From positions 192,001-256,000 of the forward strand of contig CAVTJJ010000003.1 of the NCBI GenBank assembly GCA_963735035.1: a stretch of 64,000 nt of DNA, in the 5' to 3' direction. The notes beneath the pieces were generated by a model. That model did not search any database. It had not been told where the DNA came from and saw only the letters and a list, made by a program, of their open reading frames with translations. A program made the translations under genes and the position numbers. The stretch comes from an uncultured candidate division Zixibacteria bacterium. GTDB lineage: Bacteria > Zixibacteria > MSB-5A5 > GN15 > FEB-12. Shown in pieces: positions 59,307-64,000 of the stretch. How positions within the stretch are numbered: position 1 is the first letter of the stretch; every line of letters begins with the position of its first letter.

Positions 59307-60485
59307 ATGCTGCGAAAAGAGTACGACTCCAGGCTGGTTCTTGAAGACGGGCGCGTCTTTCCGGGTCGACGTTTCGGTGCCCGATTTGACCCCGTCGGGG
59401 AAGTCGTATTCAACACGGCCATGAGCGGCTATCAGGAAATACTCACCGATCCGTCATACAGCGGTCAACTGGTGGTCATGACCAGCCCGCAAATCGGCAA
59501 CTACGGCATTGCCCGTGACGACGACGAATCCCGTCGTCTATTTCTCGGGGCACTGATAGTAAAGGAAAGCAGCCGGATCGCCAGCAACTGGCGCTCGGTC
59601 GAGACCCTGAACGATTATCTGATCAGACTTGGCGTTCCCGGTCTTGAAGGCCTCGATACCCGTGCCCTGGTGCGGCACTTACGCTCACGCGGAGCTATGC
59701 GAGGTGTCATCGGGGATATCTCAACGCCTATAGCCGATCTAGTCAGCCGCGCTCAAAACCACCCCTCGATGGCAGGGTGCGATCTGGCGTCCGGAGTCTC
59801 TCAGAATCAGATATACGCGTGGGATAAGGCCGTCACTAGCCCGAGCGGGCTGAGCACCCAGCAGAACCTGTTCTCACCCGATGAGCCTCGCCCCCTGCAC
59901 GTAGTCGTTTACGACTACGGCGTCAAATGGAATATATTGCGCTGTCTCGTCGAACAGGGTTGCCGTGTGACGGTAGTTCCTGCGAACGCGACTGCAGACG
60001 ATGTGTTGCGACTTACTCCCGACGGGGTGTTGCTCTCCAACGGCCCGGGCGATCCGGACCCTCTCGACTATGCCGTAAACAACATCCGCGCCCTGCTTGG
60101 TCGGATTCCGGTAGGTGGAATCTGTCTCGGACATCAGTTGCTCGCGATTGCGGCGGGCGGCACGACCTACAAGATGAAGTTCGGTCATCGGGGCAGCAAC
60201 CACCCGGTGATTGAAAAGCACTCCGGACGGGTGCAGATTACTTCACACAATCACGGGTTTTCGGTTGATGCCGATTCTCTTCCCTCTCGGAGCGTGGAAA
60301 TCACCCATATCAACCTGAACGATCAAACAGTCGAAGGCCTCGCACTAAGCGAAGTCCCAGCGATGGCAGTGCAGTTTCACCCGGAAGCTTCCCCGGGACC
60401 GCACGACGCCCGGTCGTTCTTCGTTCAGTATGTCGAAATGATGCGGAAATGGCGTACGAGTAGGATCAATGCCGGCCAGAAGTGA
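59307..60485 (+). CDS. carA: Carbamoyl-phosphate synthase small subunit
   Basis: [47 protein letters not shown]. Confidence 0.96.
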   Translation: MLRKEYDSRLVLEDGRVFPGRRFGARFDPVGEVVFNTAMSGYQEILTDPSYSGQLVVMTSPQIGNYGIARDDDESRRLFLGALIVKESSRIASNWRSVETLNDYLIRLGVPGLEGLDTRALVRHLRSRGAMRGVIGDISTPIADLVSRAQNHPSMAGCDLASGVSQNQIYAWDKAVTSPSGLSTQQNLFSPDEPRPLHVVVYDYGVKWNILRCLVEQGCRVTVVPANATADDVLRLTPDGVLLSNGPGDPDPLDYAVNNIRALLGRIPVGGICLGHQLLAIAAGGTTYKMKFGHRGSNHPVIEKHSGRVQITSHNHGFSVDADSLPSRSVEITHINLNDQTVEGLALSEVPAMAVQFHPEASPGPHDARSFFVQYVEMMRKWRTSRINAGQK

Positions 60486-63400
60486 CATTAAGCGCGTCCT
60501 GGTGATAGGATCCGGCCCGATTGTTATCGGTCAGGCATGCGAGTTCGACTATTCCGGGTCACAGGCTGTAAAGGCGTTGCGCGCTGAAGGGATCGAAGTG
60601 GTGCTGGTAAATTCGAATCCCGCCACGATCATGACCGACCCCGACTTGGCCAATCGAACGTATATAGAACCCCTGACGGTCGATTTTCTGGAACGAATCA
60701 TCCGCCGCGAACGCCCGGATTCGATACTCCCAAGCGTAGGCGGCCAGACCGCCCTCAATCTTGCGATGGCGCTTCAGGACCAGGGTATTCTCGATCGCTA
60801 TGGAATTCGGCTGATCGGCGCCAGCGCCGAAGCTATCCGTGTCGCCGAGGATCGAGAGTTGTTCCGGCAGGCCATGATGCAGATCGGGCTGGATGTTCCG
60901 CACGGTCTGTTGGTCGCCAATCTTAGCGTCGCGAGAGATTTCGCCCGGGATAATGGCTTCCCTCTCATAGTGCGCCCTTCGTTCACACTCGGTGGTTCCG
61001 GCGGCGGCACGGCTTTCAATTTGGTTGAGTTCGAGGAAATCGTCAGCCGCGGTCTCGCCCTATCGCCGGTCGGTCAGGTGCTTGTCGAAGAATCCCTGAT
61101 AGGTTGGAAGGAATACGAACTTGAGGTGATGCGCGACTGCCGCGACAATTTTGTGGTCGTCTGCTCCATCGAAAATCTTGATCCGATAGGCGTTCACACC
61201 GGCGATTCCGTAACCGTAGCCCCAGCACAAACTCTGACTGACCGGGAATACCAGCGCATGCGCGACGCCGCCGCGGCGATTCTGCGTCGCGTGCGAGTGG
61301 ATACCGGCGGGTCTAATGTTCAGTTCGCGGTCGAGCCGAAGACTGGACGGCTGGTGGTTATCGAGATGAATCCCCGCGTGTCAAGATCGTCGGCGCTCGC
61401 ATCCAAAGCCACCGGGTTCCCTATTGCCAAGATCGCCGCCAAACTGGCTATCGGGTACACACTGGACGAGATCACGAATGATATTACTCGTGTGACTCCG
61501 GCCGCCTTCGAGCCTGCCCTCGACTACGTCGTGACGAAGATACCAAAGTTTGCCTTTGAAAAGTTCCCGTCGGCCGACGCCGCTCTCGGGATTCAGATGA
61601 AGTCGGTCGGCGAAGTTATGGCTATTGGACGAACTTTCAAGGAATCACTCTTCAAGGCGCTTCGCTCACTGGAAGTTGTGAAACCGTTTCGACCAAGCGA
61701 CATGACCCGTGAACAACTCAGCGCCGCTTTGGGCACCCCCAGCGAATACAGCCTGCGGTATTTGATACACGCGCTCGAAAGCGGCTGGAGTTTGGACGAT
61801 TGCCACCGGCTGACGCACATTGATCCCTGGTTTCTCGATCAAATTGCGCAGTTTGCCGAGCTGCAGCGACAGATGCGGGGACGGACACTGGCGGACATCG
61901 CCGATGAAGAGCTTCGTCTCGCCAAAGAATGGGGCTTTTCAGATCGTAGAATTGCTTACCTGACCGGCGCTGAGGAAGATGCGGTCAGACAGCGACGCTA
62001 TGATATCGGCCTGCGCCCGGTGTTCAAGCGAGTGGATACCTGCGCGGGAGAATTCGAGTCGTTCACTCCCTACCTGTATTCCTGCTACGACGAAGAAGAC
62101 GAAAGCGCGCCGGAACCGGGCAAGAAAGTTATGATTCTTGGCAGTGGCCCCAACCGGATCGGCCAGGGTATCGAATTCGACTATTGCTGTTGCCACGCTT
62201 CGTTCGCACTGCGCGAACAGGGCGTACAGAGCATCATGGTGAACTGCAACCCCGAAACCGTCTCAACCGACTATGACACCAGTGATCGGCTGTATTTCGA
62301 ACCGCTGACGCTTGAAGACGTGATGGAAGTCTACGAAAAGGAACGGCCCGATGGAGTTATCGTCCAGTTCGGCGGACAGACTCCCCTCAGACTCACTTTG
62401 CCGCTGGCTCAGGCGGGTGTGCCAATTCTGGGGACATCGCCGGACTCGGTCGATCTGGCCGAAGATCGCGAGCGGTTCGCAGAATTTCTGGACCGTTTTG
62501 ATATCCGCCACCCGGCACATGCCATCGCCCGCACAATTGAAGAAGCTGATGCCGCCGTAGGTCGCCTGGGCTTCCCCTTATTGCTGCGCCCGTCTTATGT
62601 ATTGGGCGGACGAGGTATGGCTATCGTTTACGGGATCGACCAACTGCACGCCTACTTGACACCGGCGTTCGATGCTGCCCCAGGCCAACCGATTCTGATC
62701 GATACGTTTCTGGAAGATGCCTTCGAAGTCGACGTCGACGCGCTGGCCGACGGAGACACCTGCATCATCGCCGGCATCATGCAACATATCGAAGAAGCCG
62801 GGGTGCACAGCGGTGACTCGAGCTGTGTGCTGCCGACATTTCTGATTCAGGACAAGTTTCTCGAAGAAATCCGGACTATCACTCGTCGCTTGGCGATTGA
62901 ACTGAAAGTCATTGGCATGATGAACATCCAGTACGCTATCGCCGACGACAAGCTGTACATACTGGAAGTAAACCCGCGCGCCTCGCGCACGGTGCCGTTT
63001 GTCGCCAAGGCTACCGGAGTGCCGCTGGCCAAAGTGGCGACACGCCTGATGCTTGGCCACAAACTTCGCGACATGGGTTTCACCGAAGACTTGAAAGTGA
63101 ATCGCTACTTCGTCAAGACGCCCGTCTTCCCGTTCATCAAGTTTCCGGGCGTTGACCCCCGTCTCTCCCCCGAGATGCGCTCCACCGGTGAGGTTATGGG
63201 GAGCGGCGACAATTTCGGCGCGGCCTTCTACAAAGCGCAATTGGCGGCGGGGATTCGTTTGCCCGACAAAGGCACGATATTGCTGAGTGTGAATGCGCGC
63301 GACAAGAAGGGCGTATTGAGCATCGCGCGGCGTTTTGCCGCGATGGGGTTTGGCATCAAGGCTACGACCGGCACGGCCTCGTTCTTACAAGATATGGGTG

Positions 63401-63672
63401 TCCCAGCAGTCGCGGTTCTCAAAGTGGCTGAAGGTCGCCCGAACTGTGTCGATTTAATAAAGAGCGGCGAGGTGGGGCTGATCATCAACACACCCCTGGG
63501 CTCAGCTTCAGCTCGCGACGGTTGGGCTATCCGGACGGCGGCGGTGCAGCACGGCGTCCCGTGCATCACAACTCTCTCGGGGGCTGCAGCCGCTGTTGAT
63601 GCAATCGCGCAGCTTCGGACTCAGGACGTCGGCATTCTGTCCCTGCAGGAAATCCACGGCAGCGCCACCTGA
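60469..63672 (+). CDS. carB: Carbamoyl-phosphate synthase large subunit
   Basis: [52 protein letters not shown]-terminal MGS domain. Confidence 0.97.
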   Translation: MPARSDIKRVLVIGSGPIVIGQACEFDYSGSQAVKALRAEGIEVVLVNSNPATIMTDPDLANRTYIEPLTVDFLERIIRRERPDSILPSVGGQTALNLAMALQDQGILDRYGIRLIGASAEAIRVAEDRELFRQAMMQIGLDVPHGLLVANLSVARDFARDNGFPLIVRPSFTLGGSGGGTAFNLVEFEEIVSRGLALSPVGQVLVEESLIGWKEYELEVMRDCRDNFVVVCSIENLDPIGVHTGDSVTVAPAQTLTDREYQRMRDAAAAILRRVRVDTGGSNVQFAVEPKTGRLVVIEMNPRVSRSSALASKATGFPIAKIAAKLAIGYTLDEITNDITRVTPAAFEPALDYVVTKIPKFAFEKFPSADAALGIQMKSVGEVMAIGRTFKESLFKALRSLEVVKPFRPSDMTREQLSAALGTPSEYSLRYLIHALESGWSLDDCHRLTHIDPWFLDQIAQFAELQRQMRGRTLADIADEELRLAKEWGFSDRRIAYLTGAEEDAVRQRRYDIGLRPVFKRVDTCAGEFESFTPYLYSCYDEEDESAPEPGKKVMILGSGPNRIGQGIEFDYCCCHASFALREQGVQSIMVNCNPETVSTDYDTSDRLYFEPLTLEDVMEVYEKERPDGVIVQFGGQTPLRLTLPLAQAGVPILGTSPDSVDLAEDRERFAEFLDRFDIRHPAHAIARTIEEADAAVGRLGFPLLLRPSYVLGGRGMAIVYGIDQLHAYLTPAFDAAPGQPILIDTFLEDAFEVDVDALADGDTCIIAGIMQHIEEAGVHSGDSSCVLPTFLIQDKFLEEIRTITRRLAIELKVIGMMNIQYAIADDKLYILEVNPRASRTVPFVAKATGVPLAKVATRLMLGHKLRDMGFTEDLKVNRYFVKTPVFPFIKFPGVDPRLSPEMRSTGEVMGSGDNFGAAFYKAQLAAGIRLPDKGTILLSVNARDKKGVLSIARRFAAMGFGIKATTGTASFLQDMGVPAVAVLKVAEGRPNCVDLIKSGEVGLIINTPLGSASARDGWAIRTAAVQHGVPCITTLSGAAAAVDAIAQLRTQDVGILSLQEIHGSAT

Positions 63673-63749
63673 TTACAGCGACATCTGAACGAATTCGTCT
63701 ACTCCCTTTGTTGTTGATTTGTTACCCCTAATTGCCGATTACTGCGTAC

Positions 63750-64000
63750 ATGAAGAAGACCAAGATCATTGCCACTTACGGCCCTGCCATAGCTTCGCGG
63801 CAGCGTATCGCTGAGTTAGTTGAAGCCGGCGCCGATATATTTCGCATCAATTGCTCGCATGGAGCCCATGATGACTTTGTCGCCGCCGTCCGCATGATTC
63901 GATCGGGCGCCCGCAAAGCTCTCTTCCCGGTCGGTATCCTCTTTGACATCAGCGGCCCCAAGTTAAGACTGGAGCGTTTCGATGGCGAACATCACGTATC
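63750..64000 (+). CDS. pyk: Pyruvate kinase (5' part; runs off the window)
   Basis: Not in the ORF track; translates MKKTKIIATYGPA...GADIFRINCSHG...ILFDISGPKLR. Confidence 0.9.
   Translation, partial: MKKTKIIATYGPAIASRQRIAELVEAGADIFRINCSHGAHDDFVAAVRMIRSGARKALFPVGILFDISGPKLRLERFDGEHHV

Overview
A 64 kb chromosomal segment from a diderm bacterium. The gene families resemble candidate phylum Zixibacteria / FCB-group genomes (inference, not a database result). Housekeeping genes (sthA, rmuC, pyrE, acpS, class II ribonucleotide reductase nrdJ, carA, carB, partial pyk) are interspersed with several other elements. (1) Eight predicted secreted proteins with mostly unrelated N-terminal parts (beta-helix, beta-propeller, M43 and CLCA-like metalloproteases, unknown domains) all end in the same Cys-flanked, twin-EF-hand dockerin-like module; one also carries a cohesin-like domain. 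(2) Two TonB-dependent-receptor loci are coupled to periplasmic sensor partners and histidine kinases; one includes a PorV-like barrel and a T9SS-CTD-like protein. (3) A set of sigma-28-type promoter matches (N4-N15-(G/C/T)CCGATAN) sits in front of these signalling loci and a CheY/CheC pair. (4) An unannotated ~180 nt 6S-RNA-like gene has its own promoter and terminator. (5) REP-like palindrome clusters occur at several sites, including a ~377 bp direct repeat bracketing one lower-GC dockerin-module gene. Two apparent single-base frameshifts and one missing start codon may be assembly errors. No rRNA, tRNA, CRISPR array or transposase was recognised.
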